A stretch of 64,000 nt of DNA, taken from positions 96,001 to 160,000 of IMG/VR virus record IMGVR_UViG_3300029288_004596, one strand, 5' to 3'. The notes under the pieces were generated by a model, which ran no database searches, was not told where the DNA came from, and saw only the letters and a program-made list of their open reading frames with translations. The stretch is from a virus. Lineage: Duplodnaviria; Caudoviricetes. Positions 1 to 10,257 of this stretch are shown here, piece after piece; within the stretch, counting starts at the first letter, position 1, and the number at the start of each line of letters is the position of its first letter. The translations under genes were made by a program, and so were the position numbers.

Positions 1-3000
1 CCACATCTCTTCTTAGTCTACTGGCATTGTCCCTGGACATCTTGGCTAGTTCATAGGAATCTTTCTGAAGCTGATTTTGTCCTCCGGCGGACTCGTAAGG
101 GTTTATGGACTCTGAACTCTCCTTAAGATTTATGGGGGCTGAAGGATCATATAACTCTATTACAAAGTCTGACTCCAGATAGTTGATAGCTCCTAAGACT
201 TCATGTTTAGCGTCTTCCAGCACTCCTAGGAGCAGAGCTCCTTCATTGCATTCCGGATTCCCTAGGCTATGGTAGTTTTCAAAGATCTCCTTAGCTATAG
301 CCGCTCCATAGGAAGTAGATCCTAAAGATTTCATGTAGTCTGATGTAGTTATAGAATTCCCCAATAAGTCTATGTTCTCTGTTGGAACAGGGGCATCGGA
401 AATGGTAGCGGCTATATTGTCGCTGAGCTCTGTTATCTGCAGGTACTCAGCTATCAGACTGTCCACCATGTCCTTTCTGTCCAGTTCAGCCTGGTTCACT
501 ATCACTGTGGGTTTTAGTACAGTCTGTACTATTCCGCTAAGAGCTATGGTTTCTTCTTTAAGATACTTAAGTTTCTTCCTTTTGGGGTTGGCAAATGGAG
601 GATCAGCCACCCACAGGTCTCCTGAAGTGGATACCTCAGCTACACTCACTAGAATGGATTCGCTGTCTGATTGAGGAGGAGTCCCATCATTGGTAACCAC
701 TACTGAAAATCTGTAATCCCCAGGTCCCTGATATTCTGTAGGAGTCCAGGAGAAAGCTCCTCCAGTGGTTATGCTAGCTCCAGTTGGTTCTCCCAACAAA
801 GAGAACACAAGGTTCCTGGTTGGGATATTGGGGTCTATAGCGCTGGCTGTGAGAGTTAGGGTCTCCAGTTCATTGACTGTCCTATTTCCTATGGGAGACA
901 GTATAGGAGGATTATTTACCTCACTGACAGTCACGGTTATAGTTTCAGAGTCTGTGAGTCCACCATCATTTACTGTGATGGTCATGTCATAGCTGCTAGG
1001 AGCTTGAGACTCAGAAGGAGTCCAGGTAAACACTCCAGTGCTTGGGTCTATAGCTGCTCCGCTGGGAGCTCCTATTAACAGGAAGGTCAGAGTGTCCACT
1101 GGCAAATCATAGTCTATAGCTGAAGCTGTGAATGTAAGAAGAGATAGCTCATTTACACTCTTGTCCCCGATGGCGGCTAAGACAGGACTAGACTGAATTT
1201 TGTTTACAGTGACAGTTATAGACTCTGAATCAGTGGCCCCATAGGAGTCTGTAACTACAACGGTAAATGTATAATCTGAACCACCCTGTTCCTCAGTAGG
1301 GGTCCATGTGAATGCTCCAGTTGTTGGGTTTATAACCGCTCCACTTGGATTATTCACTAAAGAGAACGTAAGGGTCTGAGTTGGAACATCCTCATCTGTG
1401 GCTGTAGCTGTGAAGCTTAATAGAGTCCCCTCATCAACAGACTTGTTGCCTATAGTCCCCAATCTAGGTGGTGTATTAATGAACATTGGGGTTACATAAA
1501 TAGTAGTTCCAGAAGATACTGAGGATGTGCCATCAGATACATGCACTGAGAAGTTATAGGTTCCTCCAGAGTACGCTTCTCCTGGAGTCCACTCAAAGAC
1601 CCCATTAGCAGATCCTATAGTAGCTTCAGCAGGCGCTCCTGTGAGAGAAAAAGTCAAAGTCTGAGGTGGCAGGTCTGCATCTGAGGCTGTGGCCGTGAAT
1701 GTGTAGTATTCTCCAACATCTATCTCAGCATAGCTAGGGACATTTCCTATGTAGGGAAGAAGATTAGCTTCAGTAACTCCTACAGTTATTATTTCATAAT
1801 CATAGAGAGACCCGTCGCTGGCATATACGCCAAAACTGTAACCCCCCGGACCCTGCGCTTCAGAAGGAGTCCAAGTGAATACTCCAGTGCTTGGGTCTAT
1901 GCTAGCTCCAGAAGGAGCCCCACTTAAAGTATATGTTATAGTCTGTGGCGGTATATCATAGTCTACTGCTGAAGCTGTGAATGTGAGAGTCTGCCCTTCC
2001 ACAACCCCCTTGTTTCCTATAGTATTTAATACAGGGGCTGTGTTAACTTCTCCGACAGTTATTGATAAGGGGGTCCAGGCTGAAAGTGGAGGAGTTCCAT
2101 TATCAACTACCATGACTCTAAAGTTATAAGAACTAGGTCCTTGAGTCTCTGATGGAGTCCAGGTAAAGTCTCCAGCTGTGGTTATTCCTGCTCCGCTAGG
2201 AACATTGCCTGATAGATAGAAAGAGAGGGTCTGGGCTGGAATATCTGAGTCAGTAGCGCTTGCAGAAAAAGATAATAAGGTTCCTTCATTTACACTTTTG
2301 GAAGGTATCGAGTTTATGACTGGGGCAGTGTTAACTTCATTGACAGTGACACTTATGTTCTCCATGTCTGAAGCCCCATAAGTGTCAGTGACTATGACAT
2401 TAAAATAATATGTGCTAGGGGCTTGAGATTCTGTAGGAGTCCAGGAGAAAGCTCCTGTGGAAGGATTTATGTATGCTCCAGCTGGATGACCTGATAAACT
2501 AAATGTGAGAGTCTGTGGTGGGAGATCTAGATCTATAGCTGTAGCTGTAAATGTGAGGGTTTCCAGTTCATTAACTGACTTGTTCCCAATGCCTGACAAC
2601 ACTGGGGCTGTGTTATCCTCATCTACAGTTATTATTATTGATTCATCATCTGAACCTCCCCCACCACTATAATAGGCTAGGGCTGAAGCTGAGGAGGTAA
2701 AAGTGTAACCGTTCCAAGTATTAGCTGTGATAGGAATGGTGACAGTGTCAAAGTACTGTCCTACTCTAGAACTTGTTACAGGGGTAGTCAGGACATACCA
2801 CTCTCCATGGGTATCCCCTTTAAATACTAATCTATCCGCTGCGCCACTAAGGACCGTAACTGTTCCTGAGGAAACCATATTAGCGGGAGGAACTTTCCAG
2901 CTTGTAAACTCATCTCCTGTGATAACTGTGTCTAGAGAGGCTCTTATATTTGTAGGAGCTCCTACCCCAAGAGTGGCAAAAGCTATAGCTGAGACAGCCG

Positions 3001-6000
3001 CTCCCCCTACAGGTTCTCCCACTCCTGAGGAATCCACAACCTTGAAGTATACTGTGTATGTGCTAGGTCCTTGAGTTTCAGAAGGTACCCATGAGAACTG
3101 TCCTGTTCCTGAAAGAGTAGCCCCAGAAGGAGCTCCTGTCATGGAGAAGGTGTATGGAGACATACCCCCAGAAGCTGAAAGAGTGAAGGATAAGGTGTTT
3201 CCTTCAAGGACATTTTTATTCCCTATAGGATTTAGCGATAATTCATTTGTGGGGTCCAGTAACTCATAGGATTTAGCTGATAAATCTGCAAAGGTATCTG
3301 TAAATGAGCTGTTAGTTACTGTTAGGATTCTTTCAGAAAAGGTTATGTTATTAAGAGTATCATTGGCTGGACCATATAGGACCCTCACAGATCCTACATT
3401 TTTTCCATGTATCTGGAAGGTTACAGAGGATAATGTATCTGTTCCTCCAACCCTTAATCTCTCTACAGCGGTAAAGGTTTTTACGTTAGGCCATAGACTT
3501 GAACCAGCAGAGGATGAAACTGTGAAGGTTGAAGTTGTTGGGGTTGACACTACAACATAGGGTTCTTCTCTTCTCACATCCCCAGTCACAGCGGGACTAG
3601 CAAGATAAGCCTTTACTGCTCCACTAAGTTCTTTATTGAATTGGATTATGTCTCCAACATTAAGATCATGTTTCCTAAGACAATTATATAACCCAGTGTC
3701 TGCGTCAAAGCGACCCCATAGAATATTATCCTGGTTTCCATTGGCGGCTAATACATAGGTTTTTCCATTAAGTTCTCTTACTAAGGTTTTTACATCAGGA
3801 TTTACAGAGGATACTATAACACTGGTAGAGTCTAAACCTATAGCTGCCGAGGTAGCTTTGGATACAGCGCTTGCCGCAGCGCACAATGCGAGTCTCTGGT
3901 AGTCGGAAAGATTACTATATCTGAACCAGTCTATACCTCTGGCTCCTGTAATAAGAGCCATGTAAGCCTGGAATATGTAGTCTTTAGCTCTAAGATTCAT
4001 TGGCGATTCATAAGACTCTAATACTGATATATTAGGTTTATTTAGTAACCAATTAGTTCTTGCTTGGTGCTCGAGATAGCTTCTATTAAAGTGGGGAACG
4101 TAGGCTGAGGATTCGCTAGTAATATTGCCAGTGTAGTAATAGTAATATGGATATGCTGTAAATCCAGCTGCGTCCATATCCATGAAATTTCTATCAGAGG
4201 TTCTCTCCCTGTAACAGTGATCTATAAATACAAAGTGGTCTTTGTCTCTTTCTTTAATGAAGTTGTATCTATCCTTACAGAAAGCAACCTCATCTGTAGA
4301 CTCTGGCTCTTCATACATCATGTAGCCCATGAGGGCTGGATGGTCCTTGAAGGTCTTTATCATGCCAGAGGCTACCTGGTCTGCTGTAGTCCAGTTTACA
4401 CCACAAGACGAGTCTGTGAAAGTAGATTGATTGCTAGGTCCTGGATATATGGATAAGGGAGAAGCCCCATTTAGACAGAATAGATAATCCAGCCCTACAG
4501 TGGCGCAGTTATCTAATCTTTTTTGTATCCCTGACAATCCTTCTCCTGTTGAGGAGCTTGGATATCTTGAGAAGTAGTCATGAACGGCATTAAATCCAGA
4601 GTCTTTTAGTTGCTGCAGCTGAGGAACTATGCTTGATACCGGAAATTGAGCATGGTCTGTAGATATCCACATGGTCAGAGGGAAGTATAGAGCCCCATCC
4701 TTTAGAACCCTACCATGTCTATCTATGGAAAAGTGCTCTCTGGACTGGAGTTTATACTCTAGGGTCCTTAGATATCTCTTCTCAGAACCATCATAGGAAC
4801 TTACTATATCGCCAGTGGAGAGTCTATATATGTATGTGTCTAATAAATATGTGCTGGGGACTATGCCATCTGTGTTGAGTTCTATATCTATATAGTTAAG
4901 TCCATTAACTATAGAAGTGGTCGCTGAAGTTATAATAGCTGAGGATGAGGTATTTCTTAGCGCTATCCCAAAGTTTAGCGTAGAAGGTTGTATAGTATTA
5001 GATTGTATAAATGCCCTTACAAATATAGATGAAGGCTCATCTGTATAAATTCTATTATTGTATGGCAGACTAGCTAGGAATGCTGGATCCCCAGGTAGCA
5101 ACTGTCCTCCCTGTGGGTCTGTTACTCTAAGTTGAACATCATCTATTAGAGCAGATCCGATAGTTGTGGAGTTAAATCTTATCTTGAAGTAGTGTTTAGG
5201 CGTATAACCTTCAGCGCTCAGTCTCTCATTGCTAAGAGGGACTGACATATATCCCCCTGAAAGTCCTGTAGCTGAGTCTGTGGTATTGTAACTAAAATAA
5301 GAAGACCAGGTTACATGCTGCCAGTCCCCAGAGCCTGCTATAGTTGGGGTATTTATCAACTGAGATGCATGAGACCCGCTATGTTCACCTAACCATGGGA
5401 CTATGTAATAGAAGGACCGGGATCCGCCAATAGCGAAGTTTGGCTTTATCCAGTAGGACATCTCCACCTGAGATCCATAAGGGATATCAGTTATCTGCTG
5501 GTTGAAGTCAAAGGATGTAGACCCAGCCGCTGTTTTTCTTAGTTCTACTAATTGCTTAGATATTCCATTATGATCAAGACCAGTAACTAATAAACTCGAG
5601 GCGGTAGGGGAGTCTCCTGTCAGATACCACGGGAAGGTATTCCACCTTACTGATGATAGATTTCCTGTGTTGGCGACAAAACTCTTTGGAGATACAGTAA
5701 CTTCGGTAGTCTGATAACTGGAAAGTTTAGCGGCATCTGTCACTACTACATTAAAGGAATATGCGCTTGGAGCTTGGGATACTAAAGGCATCCAAGTCAA
5801 TGTGCCACCCGAGGTTATGCTAGCTCCATAAGGAGCTCCACTAAGGGAGAAAGTATAAGGCAGAGTTCCACCTGAAGCTGAAGAGGTAATTGTTAATGTA
5901 GTTTCTTTTATTACTGATGAGGATGCTGCACTTATAATTGTGGGAGGAGCAGTATATAGTCCGCTAGTAGCTTGATAACTGGATAGGATGTCTGTGGAAG

Positions 6001-6595
6001 AAAGAGGAGTGTTATAAAGTTTAAAGGAACCCATATAGGAATTGAAATAATTGTCAGCTGTGTTAGAAGACCTACCTATAAATAGATTCTGACTATTAGC
6101 TGGGGAGTGTCCAGTGCATGATGCTGTAGAACCTTGTTTAGTTCCATTGATATACAGGTCTATACCACTTCCATTGAAAGTGCTTACTATGTGATACCAG
6201 GAATTGGGTGTAACTACTGCTGACTTTGACTTGCCAGACCGTAGCGCATCAAAAACACAAAGTCCTACATAAGTATTTCCTGCTCCTAGAGTAGTATAGA
6301 AGTACCAGCCATCATTAGTAGGTCCTGAGCCAGTGCCCTTCATAGCCATCATTCTGGCAGTGGTAGCTAAAGGTATGAATGCCCAAGTCTCTATACTGAA
6401 CTGTGTCCATCCTGATAGAGAAGAAGAGTTTATTGCGCTGACGTTGGAGGTGGTTCCATTAAAGGAGTACACATAACCAGACAAAGGGCCAGCTACTCTA
6501 GTGGTATTAGAGGCTGTCCCTGTGTTTGAGTATCCGCTATAGTCCGTAATGGATGGTCCGGCATCCTGGAAGTTGTAATTTAGTACGTTAGAGAT
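1..6595 (-). CDS. Giant virion/surface protein (partial, runs off window): LamG + carbohydrate-binding-like + glycosidase-like TIM barrel + 9 Ig/cadherin-like (He_PIG-type) repeats + helical C-terminal region
   Basis: Hand-translated segments share one open minus-strand frame to the window edge; N-term LNYNFQDAGPSITDYSG...WYHIVSTFNG...LYING (LamG); GYMMYEEP; repeats NxAPxLxxIGNKSVxE...FxWTPxExQGP; AAGGAG 6 nt before ATC at 6595. Confidence 0.85.
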   Translation of the reverse strand, partial: MSNVLNYNFQDAGPSITDYSGYSNTGTASNTTRVAGPLSGYVYSFNGTTSNVSAINSSSLSGWTQFSIETWAFIPLATTARMMAMKGTGSGPTNDGWYFYTTLGAGNTYVGLCVFDALRSGKSKSAVVTPNSWYHIVSTFNGSGIDLYINGTKQGSTASCTGHSPANSQNLFIGRSSNTADNYFNSYMGSFKLYNTPLSSTDILSSYQATSGLYTAPPTIISAASSSVIKETTLTITSSASGGTLPYTFSLSGAPYGASITSGGTLTWMPLVSQAPSAYSFNVVVTDAAKLSSYQTTEVTVSPKSFVANTGNLSSVRWNTFPWYLTGDSPTASSLLVTGLDHNGISKQLVELRKTAAGSTSFDFNQQITDIPYGSQVEMSYWIKPNFAIGGSRSFYYIVPWLGEHSGSHASQLINTPTIAGSGDWQHVTWSSYFSYNTTDSATGLSGGYMSVPLSNERLSAEGYTPKHYFKIRFNSTTIGSALIDDVQLRVTDPQGGQLLPGDPAFLASLPYNNRIYTDEPSSIFVRAFIQSNTIQPSTLNFGIALRNTSSSAIITSATTSIVNGLNYIDIELNTDGIVPSTYLLDTYIYRLSTGDIVSSYDGSEKRYLRTLEYKLQSREHFSIDRHGRVLKDGALYFPLTMWISTDHAQFPVSSIVPQLQQLKDSGFNAVHDYFSRYPSSSTGEGLSGIQKRLDNCATVGLDYLFCLNGASPLSIYPGPSNQSTFTDSSCGVNWTTADQVASGMIKTFKDHPALMGYMMYEEPESTDEVAFCKDRYNFIKERDKDHFVFIDHCYRERTSDRNFMDMDAAGFTAYPYYYYYTGNITSESSAYVPHFNRSYLEHQARTNWLLNKPNISVLESYESPMNLRAKDYIFQAYMALITGARGIDWFRYSNLSDYQRLALCAAASAVSKATSAAIGLDSTSVIVSSVNPDVKTLVRELNGKTYVLAANGNQDNILWGRFDADTGLYNCLRKHDLNVGDIIQFNKELSGAVKAYLASPAVTGDVRREEPYVVVSTPTTSTFTVSSSAGSSLWPNVKTFTAVERLRVGGTDTLSSVTFQIHGKNVGSVRVLYGPANDTLNNITFSERILTVTNSSFTDTFADLSAKSYELLDPTNELSLNPIGNKNVLEGNTLSFTLSASGGMSPYTFSMTGAPSGATLSGTGQFSWVPSETQGPSTYTVYFKVVDSSGVGEPVGGAAVSAIAFATLGVGAPTNIRASLDTVITGDEFTSWKVPPANMVSSGTVTVLSGAADRLVFKGDTHGEWYVLTTPVTSSRVGQYFDTVTIPITANTWNGYTFTSSASALAYYSGGGGSDDESIIITVDEDNTAPVLSGIGNKSVNELETLTFTATAIDLDLPPQTLTFSLSGHPAGAYINPSTGAFSWTPTESQAPSTYYFNVIVTDTYGASDMENISVTVNEVNTAPVINSIPSKSVNEGTLLSFSASATDSDIPAQTLSFYLSGNVPSGAGITTAGDFTWTPSETQGPSSYNFRVMVVDNGTPPLSAWTPLSITVGEVNTAPVLNTIGNKGVVEGQTLTFTASAVDYDIPPQTITYTLSGAPSGASIDPSTGVFTWTPSEAQGPGGYSFGVYASDGSLYDYEIITVGVTEANLLPYIGNVPSYAEIDVGEYYTFTATASDADLPPQTLTFSLTGAPAEATIGSANGVFEWTPGEAYSGGTYNFSVHVSDGTSSVSSGTTIYVTPMFINTPPRLGTIGNKSVDEGTLLSFTATATDEDVPTQTLTFSLVNNPSGAVINPTTGAFTWTPTEEQGGSDYTFTVVVTDSYGATDSESITVTVNKIQSSPVLAAIGDKSVNELSLLTFTASAIDYDLPVDTLTFLLIGAPSGAAIDPSTGVFTWTPSESQAPSSYDMTITVNDGGLTDSETITVTVSEVNNPPILSPIGNRTVNELETLTLTASAIDPNIPTRNLVFSLLGEPTGASITTGGAFSWTPTEYQGPGDYRFSVVVTNDGTPPQSDSESILVSVAEVSTSGDLWVADPPFANPKRKKLKYLKEETIALSGIVQTVLKPTVIVNQAELDRKDMVDSLIAEYLQITELSDNIAATISDAPVPTENIDLLGNSITTSDYMKSLGSTSYGAAIAKEIFENYHSLGNPECNEGALLLGVLEDAKHEVLGAINYLESDFVIELYDPSAPINLKESSESINPYESAGGQNQLQKDSYELAKMSRDNASRLRRDV
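600..2640 (-). repeat. Seven tandem ~95-aa Ig/cadherin-like coding repeats (~285 bp period)
   Basis: WTP motifs near 740, 1020, 1300, 1585, 1868, 2155, 2437; two further units near 3085 and 5790. Confidence 0.85.
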
Positions 6596-6656
6596 TGTAG
6601 TCTCCTTAATAGTTGGCTAGCTGGAGGGGAGGACTGGACTCCAGCCAACCAACAAC

Positions 6657-9323
6657 TTAGAATCCTTTTCTGGTGAAGCCTGTGTAAGAAGGGAGTTTTC
6701 TTCCAAATGAAGGTCTGATAGGTGAGTAGTCATCCTTTACTACCCTTATCATCCCTGGAACTTTCTCAGGTTCCTCTGAGAAGAACTCCTTAGTGGGTTT
6801 GACCACATAGTCTTCTGTGGCCACTACCTTGAAAGGATCCGCAAAATTAGTGTGCATGGCATGAGCCGCCAGCAATAAGGCGTCTATGATGTGTTCGTTT
6901 CTGCTGGAGTACTTTATGGAGTTGGCTGTGGTAGCCACTACTCTGTAACTCTCCAGTTGTCTGGTGAGTGTAACATGGTTCTTGGAGTATATAAAAGAGT
7001 TATCTTCAAACCATCTCACCACAGTATTAACCATGAAGGGCTTTATGGGTTTGGATACCTTGCCATCTACTGGGTCAAAGATCTCCACCCTATCAGAGAA
7101 GGTTATTCCTTTTATCTTGTTAGAAAGATTAGATGAGGGGTTTTCTTCCCCATACTTCCTGAGGAGCTCACACTGCACCTCTCCATATCCCCTGTCTATG
7201 TAGATAAACCTGGGATTGAAGAGTTCATTGAGTTTAATTATTTTCTGGATGGTATCTATAAGGACATACTCGCTCTGGTCAACCTCTTCACAGTAGGCCA
7301 CCATGTATTTCTTGAGTTCCTGTTCCAGTTTCAGTATGAGGATTGTGGGTCCGGCTTGGTATTTGTCCCAGTCCACTCCCATGGTATATATAGCTGGAGG
7401 TATTGTGTCTGTGAGAGTGAGATAATTATAAGAATGTGCAGCTCTGTCTATATAGGAGTTCCTGAATACCCCCTCGCCCACGTCCGGGAACTCAGCCAGG
7501 TATTCCTGGGTGAACATAGCTTCATTGGCTGAGAGGGCTCTGGCTGACTGTATCTTCTCGTCGTTCCACTCTGGGTTCTTGTCTACCCCTATGTGGATCC
7601 TGTCCCATCTGTGTTCTGCCTGAATAGTATCCTGGTTCTCAGTGGCCCACTTATAGTAAGTGCCCCTGTACTGCTGAGGAGTAGAGGAGACTATGGATAT
7701 AGGTTTCCTGGTGGAGTCGCCTTCCATGATAGGGGTTATGGCTGGCCAGTCTCCCTTGGTCTCTTCATCGTCAGCCAGGTAAGCGGCTTCGTCAATGATG
7801 ACCAGGTCTGCTGTCTGAGATCTTACAGCTGTAGCTTTTCTGTTGGAGGAAGCCCCTGTAGTGAATCCTGAAATCATGGACCCATTCTTGAAAGAGACCT
7901 GGAGATATGGAGCTTCTCTAAGTCTAGCCACCATATCTCCTAAAACAGGACTCACATTAATAAAGTCTTTTACCCTCTGGTAGATCTCCAGAGCTTTTGG
8001 TTTATCAGGGCAGACGACTAGGACCTTGAAGTTAGGTCTGGTGACTGCTGCCCACAGGGCTATAGCTGATAAGGCATGGGTGTTATGAGTGGGAGTATAG
8101 TTGTCTGTAAGGTAAAGTTCTCTAGGGTGGTCTACCATGATGCACTGCATCTCAGTTGAGCCAACCTTCTCTATCTTTACTATAGTCCTTCTAAGATACC
8201 TGGTTGGCAGCCCACCACACTTCTTCCTATCAAGATTGAATATCTCTAGTCCTTCTGGGACTCTAATATTAAGCCTGAACCTTACGCCTGTTACTTTTCT
8301 TGTTCCATTCTTTGTATATCCAGCTTCAGATTCAGATATTTTTACTTTACATCCTAGAGACCTACAAAGCTCAGCTGTGTCTTCCGCTAACTGTTTGCTA
8401 ACAGAGCAAAACTCAGCTTGTCCATTCCTTCTCTTGTCAGAGCTTCCATCAGTATCCATGAGTCCTCTAAGTAGCCATAGTCTATTCTCTATAGAGTTAT
8501 AGAGATACTCTTTTGGAATGAACTTGTTATGAGAGATCGTATTGTCTAGACTTAAAGCTTTTAGGCAGTTGAGGTTCTTTACATAGTAGGATGTAGTCCT
8601 GTTTTCTGGGTCTCTCCTAGAGATTTCTAATCCTGTTCTTTGTTCTATAGTCCTTATAATATCCTCATCGTCGCTAGTAATGGTCCTGGTGTTCATGTGA
8701 CCATCACCTAGCAATACCCCTAGGAGATATGGATCTATAGGTATATCTTTCTGTGTGTGAAGGATAGGAGATACTGGGTTAAGTTTATATTTGTTCTCAG
8801 TCCTATTGTTATAAGAGTAAGTTAAGTCTTCCATAATCTCTTTAGTAGTTAGGACTTTGTTCCCATACTGCTTCCGAGATTTTCCTCTTCCACCCTTCCA
8901 CCCCATACCAGTGAATACTTCCCAGAGGTGTTCGTCTCCAGCTTCTACATAGGTTCCATCATCCAAATGGATCCTGTATATATCTTTTACTCCCTGAGGG
9001 AATATGCCAGTTACTTTAGCTATCTCGCCATCAGGAGTACAGACTGTACTGCCAATCTTTAGAGATCCCATAGTGACAGGACCATCTGGAGTATAGACAG
9101 TAGAATACAGTGGAGCCATCTTCCCGGCTCTCCTGTGCACTCTTATAAGGATTCTTTTGTTCCCTGCCTTGAGGGAATCTATTATCCTGTTCTGAGCGTA
9201 GTTGAGAACTATGGGACCGTGGTTGGTGTCCTCGGGATTGTTTATAAAAGTCTCTATCCACTCCTTGGGGTCTTTGAATACTTCCTCTAAGAGCTCTAGA
9301 TCTTCCTGTGTATAATCGCTCAT
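6657..9323 (-). CDS. terL: Terminase large subunit, intein-containing
   Basis: Walker A RRAGK|T split by intein, Walker B VIIDEAA, SSTP coupling motif, QEYLAEF, nuclease MGVDWD and HIIDAL. Confidence 0.93.
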   Translation of the reverse strand: MSDYTQEDLELLEEVFKDPKEWIETFINNPEDTNHGPIVLNYAQNRIIDSLKAGNKRILIRVHRRAGKMAPLYSTVYTPDGPVTMGSLKIGSTVCTPDGEIAKVTGIFPQGVKDIYRIHLDDGTYVEAGDEHLWEVFTGMGWKGGRGKSRKQYGNKVLTTKEIMEDLTYSYNNRTENKYKLNPVSPILHTQKDIPIDPYLLGVLLGDGHMNTRTITSDDEDIIRTIEQRTGLEISRRDPENRTTSYYVKNLNCLKALSLDNTISHNKFIPKEYLYNSIENRLWLLRGLMDTDGSSDKRRNGQAEFCSVSKQLAEDTAELCRSLGCKVKISESEAGYTKNGTRKVTGVRFRLNIRVPEGLEIFNLDRKKCGGLPTRYLRRTIVKIEKVGSTEMQCIMVDHPRELYLTDNYTPTHNTHALSAIALWAAVTRPNFKVLVVCPDKPKALEIYQRVKDFINVSPVLGDMVARLREAPYLQVSFKNGSMISGFTTGASSNRKATAVRSQTADLVIIDEAAYLADDEETKGDWPAITPIMEGDSTRKPISIVSSTPQQYRGTYYKWATENQDTIQAEHRWDRIHIGVDKNPEWNDEKIQSARALSANEAMFTQEYLAEFPDVGEGVFRNSYIDRAAHSYNYLTLTDTIPPAIYTMGVDWDKYQAGPTILILKLEQELKKYMVAYCEEVDQSEYVLIDTIQKIIKLNELFNPRFIYIDRGYGEVQCELLRKYGEENPSSNLSNKIKGITFSDRVEIFDPVDGKVSKPIKPFMVNTVVRWFEDNSFIYSKNHVTLTRQLESYRVVATTANSIKYSSRNEHIIDALLLAAHAMHTNFADPFKVVATEDYVVKPTKEFFSEEPEKVPGMIRVVKDDYSPIRPSFGRKLPSYTGFTRKGF
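8082..9119 (-). mobile_element. Class 3 intein (346 aa) with LAGLIDADG homing endonuclease
   Basis: Starts MAPLYSTVYTPDG, block B GDEHLW, block F MQCIMVD, ends THN/T; LGVLLGDG and LRGLMDTDG motifs. Confidence 0.9.
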
Positions 9324-9742
9324 CTTCTAGCATATCTGGCAGCCATCATAGAAGCTTCGCTTCCTATAAGTCCTCTGGCTATTCCAAGTTGCTGTAGTCC
9401 TCTCTGCTGAGCCATGGATGTGGCTTCTGTGTGCTGATATGAATGTGAGAATGGGGTTCTGAACTCTCTCTGCCATGCTCTGGTATTCTGGGAGAAGTTA
9501 TACAGAGCTTTGCCAGCATTATAGATAGCTCCTGGGTTGGTGACTATAAGAGCTGGCAAAAAACCCATAGTGGTCCATGCAGCTAACGACCCAGCGGCTA
9601 TAGCCCCAGCTATTATGGGATTTTGTCCCTGAGAGACTCTTTCCCTGAAGGCTGCCAGTTCTCCCACGCCTCCAAGTGCTGATCCGGCTATGTGTCCCCA
9701 AGATCCCCCAAGCATTCTGGATGTGTCTTTTATAAGGCTCAT
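9320..9742 (-). CDS. Gly/Ala-rich putative virion protein
   Basis: Overlaps terL start; hydrophobic segment. Confidence 0.65.
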   Translation of the reverse strand: MSLIKDTSRMLGGSWGHIAGSALGGVGELAAFRERVSQGQNPIIAGAIAAGSLAAWTTMGFLPALIVTNPGAIYNAGKALYNFSQNTRAWQREFRTPFSHSYQHTEATSMAQQRGLQQLGIARGLIGSEASMMAARYARR

Positions 9743-10257
9743 CTGTTATTTCTCATGGCTAGCGGCAAAGAACCGGAAGCTCCCAGCATATCTGGTCTAG
9801 AGACTTCCATGACTCCTGAAGGAGACATCTCCACATTATACTTCTGGTATCCTTGGGATTTCTGAATAGAACCTGCTGCTACGCCAAGACCCCCGGCTAC
9901 ACCAAGGGTTCCAAGCACAAGTTTGTTCTGCAGGTTCCTGTGCAGTTGAAAGGGAGTCCCGCCTAGTTCTCCGTAGAGGTCCTTGGCAAAGATATTCTTC
10001 CCCAGTATGCCTCTGCCTATCTTATAGGAGAGACCCACAGCTCCAGCGGCAGTTTCTCCAGCCACTTCCACAGCTCCTCTGGCCACTCCAGCAGATCTTA
10101 CCACAGCGTTTTCTATTACTCCTGGGGAGATGCCGATAAGAGACCTCGAGGCTGTGGCCGCTATGAGTCCAGCCTCTTTCCCTGTGGCTAGCGTCCCTTT
10201 CATAAGGAGGCCAGCTAGTCCAGCCGCCAGTTTGTTTACTGGCTCCCAAGGGCTCAT
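9739..10257 (-). CDS. Gly/Ala-rich putative virion protein
   Basis: ATGA-coupled in terL operon. Confidence 0.65.
   Translation of the reverse strand: MSPWEPVNKLAAGLAGLLMKGTLATGKEAGLIAATASRSLIGISPGVIENAVVRSAGVARGAVEVAGETAAGAVGLSYKIGRGILGKNIFAKDLYGELGGTPFQLHRNLQNKLVLGTLGVAGGLGVAAGSIQKSQGYQKYNVEMSPSGVMEVSRPDMLGASGSLPLAMRNNR

Noticed and set aside
372-4456. Plus-strand ORFs in the track (372, 765, 2727, 3345, 4217)
   Set aside because: Antisense shadows of the giant minus-strand gene
1-6600. Stop-codon reassignment as the reason no long ORF is listed here
   Set aside because: The minus frame is open in the standard code wherever translated and simply lacks a stop inside the window; TAG, TGA and TAA all terminate clear genes elsewhere
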